The notes under the pieces: generated by a model
Told to the model about the DNA's origin: nothing
Database searches by the model: none
The model's input: the letters and a program-made list of their open reading frames with translations, nothing else
Translations under genes and position numbers: made by a program
Part shown: positions 1 through 7,701 of the stretch, in pieces
Layout of the letters: each line of letters opens with the position of its first letter
Numbering within the stretch: the first letter of the stretch is position 1
Assembly: GCA_023659975.1 (NCBI GenBank)
Contig: JAGXOI010000001.1
Coordinates: 1 to 48,268, forward strand
Direction of reading: 5' to 3'
Source: Candidatus Aenigmarchaeota archaeon LH_S4
Lineage (GTDB): Archaea; Aenigmatarchaeota; Aenigmatarchaeia; QMZS01
Length of the DNA: 48,268 nucleotides

Positions 1-74
1 TCAGCAACCCCGTCTTCCAAGATATACCCAGAAGACAATACAGGACATGTCCGTCTATATTTAATTATGTTTTT

Positions 75-142
75 AAACTATTTAAGGGGCAATTCATCTC
101 CACGATTTAAATCAGTAGTTTCCTTGCCTTCTGGTTAATTAT
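75..142 (+). repeat. Solo nested-hairpin element related to the left end of the TnpB IS (inverted partner at 48080-48145)
   Basis: The sequence aaactatttaagg(gg)caattcatctccacgatttaaatcagtagtttccttgccttctggttaattat matches the reverse complement of 48080-48145 at roughly 60 of 68 positions. The outer stem GGCAA/TTGCC encloses an inner hairpin, the same layout as the IS left ends at 7172-7214 and 35516-35558. Confidence 0.6.
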
Positions 143-189
143 AAACCAAAAAATACAAAAAAAACCGAAGCCTGAAGTTAAAAATAAAT
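141..189 (+). repeat. 49-nt dispersed repeat (second copy 34142-34189)
   Basis: The sequence ataaaccaaaaaatacaaaaaaa(a)cc(g/a)aagcctgaagttaaaaataaat occurs at both sites with one indel and one substitution. Both copies could encode KPKNTKK..PKPEVKNK. Confidence 0.6.
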
Positions 190-298
190 ACAACTGGATT
201 AATGAAACCAGAGATACTATAGGGGGGAGATTTAATCAATGTCTGGCCAATTAGAACACGATGAGAGAGTAAACAAAATACAGGATTTTTTATCAAAT

Positions 299-586
299 TT
301 AATTAGCAGATATTTTCTTTAAATGTTCTGGGGTTGTAATTATCTGTTTGGACTTATTCCCTGTCCTGACCTCAACAATATAACCTCTTCCTCTTTTCTC
401 CTTAATATCCCCAATTAAACCATGATACCTTGGATGAGGATAATTCTGGGAAGTAGAATCTATCTTTACCACAACCTTTTCTCCTTTTTCAAAACTTCTC
501 AGATATTTTGTTATTCCTTCTTTCTTCTTAGTCTTTTTTAATTTATCCCTTGATTTACTGATTTTTCCATGTCCAAATCTTGCCAT
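299..586 (-). CDS. rpl21e: 50S ribosomal protein L21e (eL21)
   Basis: 95 aa and basic. The PHPRYHGLIGDI...GRGYIVEV...PEHLKK pattern is typical of eL21. Confidence 0.85.
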   Translation of the reverse strand: MARFGHGKISKSRDKLKKTKKKEGITKYLRSFEKGEKVVVKIDSTSQNYPHPRYHGLIGDIKEKRGRGYIVEVRTGNKSKQIITTPEHLKKISAN

Positions 587-634
587 AATATCTTTAATTT
601 TAAATTTATTAGTTGTTTATATTTACACCAATTT

Positions 635-1900
635 ATGCGCTGGCTGAAAAATTTATTTAAAAAAACTAAAGTTGGGCAGATAAATAAACCAAAAGAAAAA
701 CAGATAGTTAGTTTTGATAAGATTAGTGATTTTCTTGAAGAAGAAACAAAAGAAAAGAAAGCTGAATTTGACTCAAAAATTAAAGAATTTAGATCTCTTT
801 TCATTGATTATTTGAGGAGGCTAAATAAAGAGTTTACAGAACTTGAAACAGCTAAATTTGATAGGATAATCTTAGAAGATAAGAGAGATATTTCAAACAT
901 AATAAAAACCAGTAGGAAAAACTATTGCTACAATTCAAAAAAAATGTTTGTTTTGGCTTTGGACTCTCTACAGAAAGAGAGTGATCCATATCAAATGAAA
1001 TCTATTATTTCGGAACTTTTTGATAGATTGAATAAGTTTTCAAGAGATGCTCAAATTCTTCTGAATCCTTTTCAAAAACAAATGAAAAAAATATCTTCTG
1101 ATCTAAAAAAACTCAGGAAAGAACTTGATGATTTTGACCTCTTTCTTACTGGGGAATATTCACTAATCCAAAAAGAGAAAAAAGCAAGAGAACTCTTAAG
1201 TAAAATAACAAAATATAGATTAGACAATAAACAAAAAGAAGATAAAAAGAAAGAAATTGATGAAAATATAGAAAAATTGAAGAAAGAAATTAAAGAGCAA
1301 AACTCTAAAATTCTGAAAATCCAGAATTCTAATGAAGCCAAAGAACTTAGGAATCTGGAAAAAAAACAAATTTCTCTAGAAAGACAAATAGAAAATATTA
1401 TCTCGGATACAACCTATTCTGTAAATTCGATAAGTAGGCAAATCAGAGAATATCTGTATATCGCCAATAAAAAAGAGAGGGCAGGTATCAAGGCTTTTTT
1501 GGAAAATCCTGAAATTTTACTTGGAAGAGAACAAAGGTTTTTTGAAGAGATTGCGAAGAAAGTAAAAAATAACATAAAAAAGATAGAAAGCAATGAAAGA
1601 AAAAGAAAAAAATTTTTGGAAATTGAAAAGAGGGTTGTACTCTCATTAAATAAAAATAAAAGGGAATACAAAATAATTTCAGATAGATTAAGAGAGAATA
1701 TAAGAAAAATTAAAAAACTGAAACAGGAAATAACCACAGAAAAAGAAGAGCAGGAAATTGCAAAATTAAGAGAACAGATACAACACTTGGAAAAAAATAA
1801 AAAAGAACTTGAATCAGAAGAGGTTAATAGGAAGGGATTATTAGAGGATTTAGAGAAAATACTTTCAGATATTTCTGGGAAAGAAATTAGAACAAAATAG
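635..1900 (+). CDS. Lys/Glu-rich coiled-coil protein, function unknown
   Basis: Long ORF with heptad-like K/E-rich composition. The start is moved to ATG 635 (MRWLKNLFKK) to avoid overlap with rpl21e. Confidence 0.5.
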   Translation: MRWLKNLFKKTKVGQINKPKEKQIVSFDKISDFLEEETKEKKAEFDSKIKEFRSLFIDYLRRLNKEFTELETAKFDRIILEDKRDISNIIKTSRKNYCYNSKKMFVLALDSLQKESDPYQMKSIISELFDRLNKFSRDAQILLNPFQKQMKKISSDLKKLRKELDDFDLFLTGEYSLIQKEKKARELLSKITKYRLDNKQKEDKKKEIDENIEKLKKEIKEQNSKILKIQNSNEAKELRNLEKKQISLERQIENIISDTTYSVNSISRQIREYLYIANKKERAGIKAFLENPEILLGREQRFFEEIAKKVKNNIKKIESNERKRKKFLEIEKRVVLSLNKNKREYKIISDRLRENIRKIKKLKQEITTEKEEQEIAKLREQIQHLEKNKKELESEEVNRKGLLEDLEKILSDISGKEIRTK

Positions 1901-2033
1901 CCCCGCGCGGATTCGAATACCGCCGAACTTCAAAAAGTTCGATCATTTACACTATCTTCGACTTCGTCTCAATAGGCTCTCCGCGGTCTTGAGATCCAGG
2001 GTCTCAAATGCTTGGCCACTACACTACGGGGCT
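1898..2033 (-). tRNA. tRNA-Gln(CUG) with a 63-nt intron in the T-arm (1918-1980, position 53/54)
   Basis: Minus strand reads AGCCCCG TA GTGT AGTGGCCAA GCAT T TGAGA CCCTGGA TCTCA AGAC CGCGG [intron] TTCGAAT CCGCG CGGGGCT A. It has A1:U72, and the cloverleaf closes only after removing the insert. Confidence 0.8.
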
Positions 2034-2089
2034 ATAATTTAATTAATATCTAATTATTTATTTCAAATCTAAAATTATTTCTTATTTGT

Positions 2090-2707
2090 TTGCTAATATT
2101 GAGCTTTGTTGGTTTAGTATTCTTAAGTGGTTGTATTAATAGAGAAGGTATAAGTAAAGAAATAAAACCTAATATAAATATGAGTGGAAAGAAAATTTTG
2201 ATGGTAGTTGCCCCAGTTAATTTTAGGGATGAGGAATTTTTAGAACCAAAAAAGGTTTTTGAGAATAGTGGAGCAAGTCTTGAGGTTGCTTCGAAGGATG
2301 TTAAAGAGGCAACTAGCATGATAGAGAAAATAAAAGTAAAAGTAGATTTAGATATAGAAGAAGTTAATGTGACAAACTATGATGCAATTGTATTTATCGG
2401 AGGTAGTGGAGCTTCAGTTTACTATGATGACCAAACAGCTTTAGATATTGCCAGAGAATCTTATGAAAAAAGTAAGATTGTGGCAGCAATTTGTATTGCT
2501 CCGGGAATTTTGGCTAAGTCAGGAATTTTAGAGGGAAAGAAAGCAACAATTTGGGATCCCGGAGAGGGGAATTTTATAGAAATTCTAAAAGAGAGTGGAG
2601 CAACCTATACTGGAGCAGATGTTGAGCAGGATGGGAAAATAATCACAGCAAATGGTCCAAAAGCTGCTACTAAATTTGGAGAAAGAATTTTAGAAAATTT
2701 GAAGTGA
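2090..2707 (+). CDS. DJ-1/PfpI family protein with lipoprotein-type signal (LSGC)
   Basis: The AAICIAPGILAKSG nucleophile-elbow motif and overall DJ-1/PfpI pattern. N-terminal hydrophobic segment ends in a Cys. Confidence 0.75.
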   Translation: MLILSFVGLVFLSGCINREGISKEIKPNINMSGKKILMVVAPVNFRDEEFLEPKKVFENSGASLEVASKDVKEATSMIEKIKVKVDLDIEEVNVTNYDAIVFIGGSGASVYYDDQTALDIARESYEKSKIVAAICIAPGILAKSGILEGKKATIWDPGEGNFIEILKESGATYTGADVEQDGKIITANGPKAATKFGERILENLK

Positions 2708-2718
2708 TTTTTTATTTT

Positions 2719-3678
2719 TTAAACTTTTTCTAACTTCTCCAATTTTTCCTCAAGTCTTTCAAAGATAAATTTTTTAATCTCTTCTTTTTTGTCTTTTTCT
2801 GGAGTGTTTAAGGAACCAGCTGCATCATGACCCCCACCACCTCCTCCAGAAATCTCTCTTAATTTTGAGAAAATATCCCGACTTAAATTCAGGTTTTTAC
2901 TTGATACAATTCTTTTATTTGCTCTTGCAGAGATTCTTAATTCATTTTCTTTTTCTATGAAAACAATTGAGACATCCGCGCCCAAGGAGAGAAGACCCCT
3001 TGCAACTGCAGCCTCATGGCTTTGAACTTCTGAAAACACTATTAAATAATTTTTAGACCTATAGATTTCTAAATTTTCAGAACCTTTTAGTTTTGCAAAT
3101 CTTTCAGAGATCTTTGGAGGATTATTAACTAAATTCAGCACAAATCTCAAATCAGCTTTATAATTGAGAAGTTCAACAACAATTTTAAAGGTTATTTTGT
3201 CTCCAAAAATAAAGTGATTTGTATCAGAAACAATTCCTGCAAGTAGCAAATCTGCAATTTTTTTGTTAATTCTCACATTGTTATCTTTTAGCACTTTCAG
3301 GAGCATTTCACAGGTTGCTTTCCTCCTTGGACTTATATACTCTTCTGTTCCTCTAATTCTCGTGTTCTCGTGGTGGTCTATAACATAGATTTCTTTACCC
3401 TTAGGAATTTTTATTGGATATAACTGCTCCAGAACTGGAGTATCCAATATAAAAATTACATCATAATCTTCCAAATTAAGATTTATTTTTACTTTACTCT
3501 CACTATAAATTAATAATTTTCTTGCCTGTCTCGCTACGGAGTTAGGAACCCCAATAGTTGCCCTGATATTTTTTTGCCTAAACCCAAATAAAAGAGCTGT
3601 TGCTGAGCCAATCGCGTCTATATCCGCGTTGTGGTGAACCAGAATAGCGATTTTCTTTCCTTTTGGAAAAGAGATCAT
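2719..3678 (-). CDS. DHH/DHHA1 family phosphoesterase (NrnA-like)
   Basis: Motifs HHNADIDAIGS, DHH and a GGGGGGH DHHA1 motif. Confidence 0.8.
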   Translation of the reverse strand: MISFPKGKKIAILVHHNADIDAIGSATALLFGFRQKNIRATIGVPNSVARQARKLLIYSESKVKINLNLEDYDVIFILDTPVLEQLYPIKIPKGKEIYVIDHHENTRIRGTEEYISPRRKATCEMLLKVLKDNNVRINKKIADLLLAGIVSDTNHFIFGDKITFKIVVELLNYKADLRFVLNLVNNPPKISERFAKLKGSENLEIYRSKNYLIVFSEVQSHEAAVARGLLSLGADVSIVFIEKENELRISARANKRIVSSKNLNLSRDIFSKLREISGGGGGGHDAAGSLNTPEKDKKEEIKKFIFERLEEKLEKLEKV

Positions 3679-4022
3679 CCGGCTTGTTTAGAACTCTGAA
3701 CGAAAGACCTTAGTTTTTTCTGGCCTTCTTCCAACTCTGTTTTTAACTGGTTTTCTTTTTCTTCAACCTGTTTTTTTCTGACAGAAATTATTTCTTTTTG
3801 TTCTTCAAGTTCCTCCTCAACCTTTTTTTTATCTGTTTTTATCAATAATCCTGCAACTCCTTTATAAATTTCTTCCTTGTCTTTTATCTCTTTTTCCGCT
3901 TCTTCAATCTCCTGTCTCTGTTTCTCTATATTCTGTTTTTGTGCAATCAACTCTTGTAACTGTTGGTTTTGGGTTTGGACTTTTAATAATAGTTCTTGAG
4001 CTTCATTCGATAGTTCTACCAT
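3675..4022 (-). CDS. pfdB: Prefoldin beta subunit
   Basis: 115 aa with coiled coil, beta hairpin (GVAGLLIKTDK), coiled coil. There is a 4-nt overlap with the downstream DHH gene. Confidence 0.75.
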   Translation of the reverse strand: MVELSNEAQELLLKVQTQNQQLQELIAQKQNIEKQRQEIEEAEKEIKDKEEIYKGVAGLLIKTDKKKVEEELEEQKEIISVRKKQVEEKENQLKTELEEGQKKLRSFVQSSKQAG

Positions 4023-4066
4023 AATATATTTAATAAATTAATATATAAAACTTACTATAATTACCC

Positions 4067-4348
4067 TTAAATTCCTAAATATTTTATTTTGAATGATTTA
4101 AATTCTCCAGAGGCTGGCATAAACTTTACTTTTAATTCCTGGACATTAATCAAATTTTCCTTTAATTTTACTGCTTTAGCAAAGTTTCTTAAAACTTTTT
4201 CTTCCCCTTCTGCAACAATTTTTACTTCCCTATTTTCTAAGTTTTCTACATAACCAACAACTCCAAATTCTTCTGCGATTTTCCTGACTCTACTCCTATA
4301 ATTTACTCCTTGAACTTCACCTTTTGCAATAATTTCTATTCTTTGCAT
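4067..4348 (-). CDS. acyP: Acylphosphatase
   Basis: 93 aa with the GEVQGVNYRSRVRKIAEEFGVVGYVENL signature. Confidence 0.85.
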   Translation of the reverse strand: MQRIEIIAKGEVQGVNYRSRVRKIAEEFGVVGYVENLENREVKIVAEGEEKVLRNFAKAVKLKENLINVQELKVKFMPASGEFKSFKIKYLGI

Positions 4349-4550
4349 AATGTCTTTTATTGTTTAAACAATATTATAAGTTTTGAACTTTTTAATTTTT
4401 AACTATGACATATAATTATTTGGTGATTTAGTAGCAGATATATCTTTAATTCCTGTTTATCCAAATTTTAACAAGGTTTGTTTTAATCACTTGTTAGGTA
4501 TATAACTTAAAAAGGGAAAAAATTTTATTAAAAAACTAAAATATAAAAAA

Positions 4551-5630
4551 TTACTTAAATTTTCCTCTGAGTTTTTTCATAACGGCGGGCATTGTTGTAT
4601 ATTCCATCTCATCGTCGGGTAATCTGTGTGGCTGGAAAGGTCCATGCCTTCTCATGTAATCTGCAGTTTCACCAGATTTTTGTCTTGCCAAATCAAAAGC
4701 AGGGTCATCAAATAGGTCCTGATGTCCAATTATTTTTCTGTTTGTAACCTGAAAACCAACACCTATTACTCTTGGGGGTCCATCAAATCTTGTGCATCTT
4801 GCATTTCCTTGTGAAACTGGAGTAAAAGGTCCATTATGTGAGCCCCTCATCCATCCAGAAACTAAGAAGGGAAAAGCAAAAGGTTCAAGAACTTCTCCAA
4901 CTGCTGGAAAACCACTCTGTGCTCTGCAAACCATCACAGGGTCATCTTTACCAACATATCTTCCTGCCATCTGTGAAAGTTTTTGTGTTGAAGTTACCGA
5001 AGCAATATCTTTTTTCTTTGAGTACACCGCCTTTATTATATATCTACTTGGAGAGCCAATTAAAGCGAGTAAGTCATATATTTCTTCTGGTGAAGTTAAG
5101 TTAACTGTTTTTCCTGTTCTTGCATCTAAAACTTCGAAGATAAATCCATCATGCATGTGTGGATCTATTACCAAACCTGCTGTATTAAAAGGGTCTGCAA
5201 AAATTTTATACAAAGGCAAATTCCACGCTCCAGATTCTGTCTTATCAGCCATAAAAACCAAGACAGGATCACTCTTTCTCTCTTCAAATTCCATTTCAGC
5301 AACTCCAGGACCCATTCCTTTAACATTACCGGAAAAAGCACTTTTCAGTAAATCCTGACCTGCCCCATAATATTTCTCTTTTTTTGAAATTTTATCTGTC
5401 AAACCCTCAAAAACATTCCAGGCCAATTTATGAATCTCTTTATTGTTAACCCCTTTACCATGAGTCATTATCAATTCTAAATCATCTCCACAATGAGTCA
5501 CATAGGAGTCATTGATTACCCTTGACTTCTTTAGAATCTTTTTTGCATTGTCAATTAACTTCTGGTTACAGGTTGAATGTCCAGGACAACCACCGATATC
5601 CGCTTTTATTACAGAAACACTTGTTTTCAT
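4551..5630 (-). CDS. fbp: Fructose-1,6-bisphosphate aldolase/phosphatase (class V FBPase)
   Basis: The N-terminus MKTSVSVIKADIGGCPGHS and the ~360 aa length are typical of archaeal FBP aldolase/phosphatase. Confidence 0.9.
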   Translation of the reverse strand: MKTSVSVIKADIGGCPGHSTCNQKLIDNAKKILKKSRVINDSYVTHCGDDLELIMTHGKGVNNKEIHKLAWNVFEGLTDKISKKEKYYGAGQDLLKSAFSGNVKGMGPGVAEMEFEERKSDPVLVFMADKTESGAWNLPLYKIFADPFNTAGLVIDPHMHDGFIFEVLDARTGKTVNLTSPEEIYDLLALIGSPSRYIIKAVYSKKKDIASVTSTQKLSQMAGRYVGKDDPVMVCRAQSGFPAVGEVLEPFAFPFLVSGWMRGSHNGPFTPVSQGNARCTRFDGPPRVIGVGFQVTNRKIIGHQDLFDDPAFDLARQKSGETADYMRRHGPFQPHRLPDDEMEYTTMPAVMKKLRGKFK

Positions 5631-5909
5631 AATATTATTTTTTAAATAAAAGAAAAGAATAAAATTTTTTATGAAAGAAACTATCGGATTTATTTTTTTA
5701 TTGGGATAATTCTTATTTTATCCTCATTGGTTTCTAATTCCGAAGGAAAAGCTAAATTCGCATTTGGTGGTTTTATTGGTCCAATCCCTTTTGGATTTGC
5801 AAATTCTCCTAAGATGCTGAAAATTGTGGTTATAATTTCTGTTATTGCCTTAATTGGTTTTCTCTTACTTCTGTATCGGTAGAATTATTGTTTTGACACT
5901 CTCCCCTCA

Positions 5910-7052
5910 CTAAAATCGGGAGATTCTGAGATCGCACTCTGAACCACAAAAGCTTGCTGACTTCTTTATATCCTCTGCCTCAGTTACGGGCTGTGCCAAA
6001 ACAGCCCCTGATTTAGACATATAGCCTAAACCTCGTTTGCAGATATTTATACTTCCATTTCTATCTGCATTTTCTTCTTTTCTACATTCAGGACACCAAA
6101 ATAATCCTTGAGTTTTTCTTATTCCTTCATTTCCACACTTCCAACACAGTTGAGAAGTATAAGATTCATTTACTTTTACTACTGAAATCCCTTCCCAGTT
6201 TGCTTTGTATTCTATAAATTGTGATAGCTGATAGCTTGGCATAGAGTTCAACTTTCTGTTAAACTTCTTTCCTTTATAGTTTTTGTTATTCTTCTTTCTT
6301 ATTCCATTCTTTCTAATTCCTTTCAAATCACCAATTACTATTGCTGAATTTGTGTTTTTAGCCCAACCCACAACTCTCTTTGCTATTTTGTGCATTTGGT
6401 CTTTTGTTATTCTTTTTTCTTTGCTGTTCTTTATCTTTTTGTAGAAACCCCTGATTTTCTTCCCTGCTAACTTCCCTCTCAAGTGGAAGTAGTGTCCTCT
6501 TGTTTCTCTGATATCCTTCCCATAGAACTTGGTTTTCTTGTTGGAATACTGCACCACGGACGCAATATTTTTTACTCCAAGATCTATAGATAAGGTATCA
6601 GTATAATGAGTCTTTAATTTCTGCTCTTTCTGAACAGTTATGTTTAAGAACCAGTCTTTTTTAGTTTTGATTAATTTTGATTCAGATAATTCATAATCTA
6701 ATAAGTTTTGTTGTTTGTTTGAAAAATTAACCGCAACCCAGATTGATTTGTTATAAACAGGAACTCTTACCCAATATTTAGATAGTTTATTATTTGTTTT
6801 TTTGACCTTAATTAAGTCTTTTCTGATTATCAAAGGTTGCTCTTTTTTAGGATTTGTTCTCTTTGCTAATCTCTCTGCCTGTTGTTTCGTCGCAGAATAG
6901 AGTTTTATATCTTTGTATAATGGAAGAAAATCTAATCCTTTAGAATCTAATTGCAAGAAATCCTGAAAATTAGAATATTCTTTCTCAAGTTTTTCTCTCT
7001 TAATATTAGTTGGTCTAATAATCTTAGTTTGAATTGTTTTTTGTAGTTTCAT
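5910..7052 (-). CDS. tnpB: TnpB (OrfB) RNA-guided nuclease-like transposon protein
   Basis: 380 aa from MKLQKTIQTK. Shows SIDLGVKN (RuvC-I), YTSQLCWKCG...CPEC zinc ribbon and NADRNGSINI (RuvC-III). Paralog at 34229-35365. Confidence 0.85.
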   Translation of the reverse strand: MKLQKTIQTKIIRPTNIKREKLEKEYSNFQDFLQLDSKGLDFLPLYKDIKLYSATKQQAERLAKRTNPKKEQPLIIRKDLIKVKKTNNKLSKYWVRVPVYNKSIWVAVNFSNKQQNLLDYELSESKLIKTKKDWFLNITVQKEQKLKTHYTDTLSIDLGVKNIASVVQYSNKKTKFYGKDIRETRGHYFHLRGKLAGKKIRGFYKKIKNSKEKRITKDQMHKIAKRVVGWAKNTNSAIVIGDLKGIRKNGIRKKNNKNYKGKKFNRKLNSMPSYQLSQFIEYKANWEGISVVKVNESYTSQLCWKCGNEGIRKTQGLFWCPECRKEENADRNGSINICKRGLGYMSKSGAVLAQPVTEAEDIKKSASFCGSECDLRISRF

Positions 7053-7143
7053 AATAATCATATCTTTTACATCTTGGACAACACACAGGTTTTTTAACTC
7101 TTGGTTTCCATTCATAACCACATCTTTTACACTTAATCTTCAT
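7024..7143 (-). CDS. 39-aa zinc-ribbon mini-protein overlapping the tnpB start
   Basis: Manual translation gives MKIKCKRCGYEWKPRVKKPVCCPRCKRYDYYETTKNNSN, with CxxC...CPxC. It lies between the IS left end and tnpB. It is too short for the ORF track. Confidence 0.4.
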   Translation of the reverse strand: MKIKCKRCGYEWKPRVKKPVCCPRCKRYDYYETTKNNSN

Positions 7144-7190
7144 AATAATATTAATAAAAAAACTTTAGTATCCCAATTCATCTACCCTCA

Positions 7191-7622
7191 CTAAAGTTGG
7201 TAGCTTTCTTGGGGCTTTATCTGTAACTTCTGTAATTCAAGTACCTGTTTCTGGATTTCATTCTGTAGTTCTTCCTTCCTCTTTGACACCTGCGAAATTA
7301 CAGATTTAAAATCTTCAGATTTTTTTTCCAAATACTTTTTAACTTCTTCTTTATTCATTTTTACAAAAATTTTTCTGCCAACGTTGACCAAAAAAATATT
7401 ATTGCTTGTAACCTCTGAAGGTACAAAAATTCCTGGACCTAATTGAGAAAAACCCGGGCCTTCCTGGATCTTATCTATCGAATCTTTAAGAGTTAGCGAC
7501 TCATTTAATTCAGAATTTAATAAATTAAATTGGTTAGAAACCTGCTCAAATTCTTTGTTTAGCGATTCAACTTGCGAATATTTCTCTTGTGCTTTCTTCT
7601 TTAATTCTTCTTTCTCAACCAT
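7191..7622 (-). CDS. pfdA: Prefoldin alpha subunit (3' end supplied by the IS left end)
   Basis: Coiled coil, double beta hairpin (IFVPSE...FLVNVGRKIFVKM), coiled coil. The last ~10 codons and the stop lie inside the IS (7191-7222). Confidence 0.75.
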   Translation of the reverse strand: MVEKEELKKKAQEKYSQVESLNKEFEQVSNQFNLLNSELNESLTLKDSIDKIQEGPGFSQLGPGIFVPSEVTSNNIFLVNVGRKIFVKMNKEEVKKYLEKKSEDFKSVISQVSKRKEELQNEIQKQVLELQKLQIKPQESYQL

Positions 7623-7701
7623 AATATCTAAAGATTATAAATAAGGAGTAAGATTTAAGAGTATAATCAAAAAAATAGAGTTGATAGCAATTTCCTCAAA
7701 T

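Larger units (their letters stand above)
5893..7222 (-). mobile_element. TnpB-only IS200/IS605-family element (IS1341-like), copy 1
   Basis: In element sense it ends in ...GGAGAGTGTCAA (TCAA) at 5893 and is preceded by TTAC (reverse complement of 7223-7226). Subterminal hairpins are CTACC-ctcactaaagtt-GGTAG (LE) and CTCCC-ctcactaaaatc-GGGAG (RE). No Y1 TnpA gene is present. Confidence 0.75.

Noticed and set aside
538-804. 88-aa minus-strand ORF overlapping the rpl21e start and the coiled-coil gene. Similar antisense ORFs occur at 1072-1341 and 1414-1737.
   Set aside because: They are antisense to a K/E-rich gene, which automatically yields F/L/S-rich open frames. There is no independent support.
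4792-5358. 188-aa and smaller plus-strand ORFs inside the FBP aldolase/phosphatase gene. The same applies to antisense ORFs within ftsZ (10560-11761), the secretion ATPase (35902-39324), the giant gene, tnpB, the methyltransferase and others.
   Set aside because: They are antisense shadows of well-supported genes. Their composition is biased (Leu/Ser/Phe-rich) and they have no motifs.
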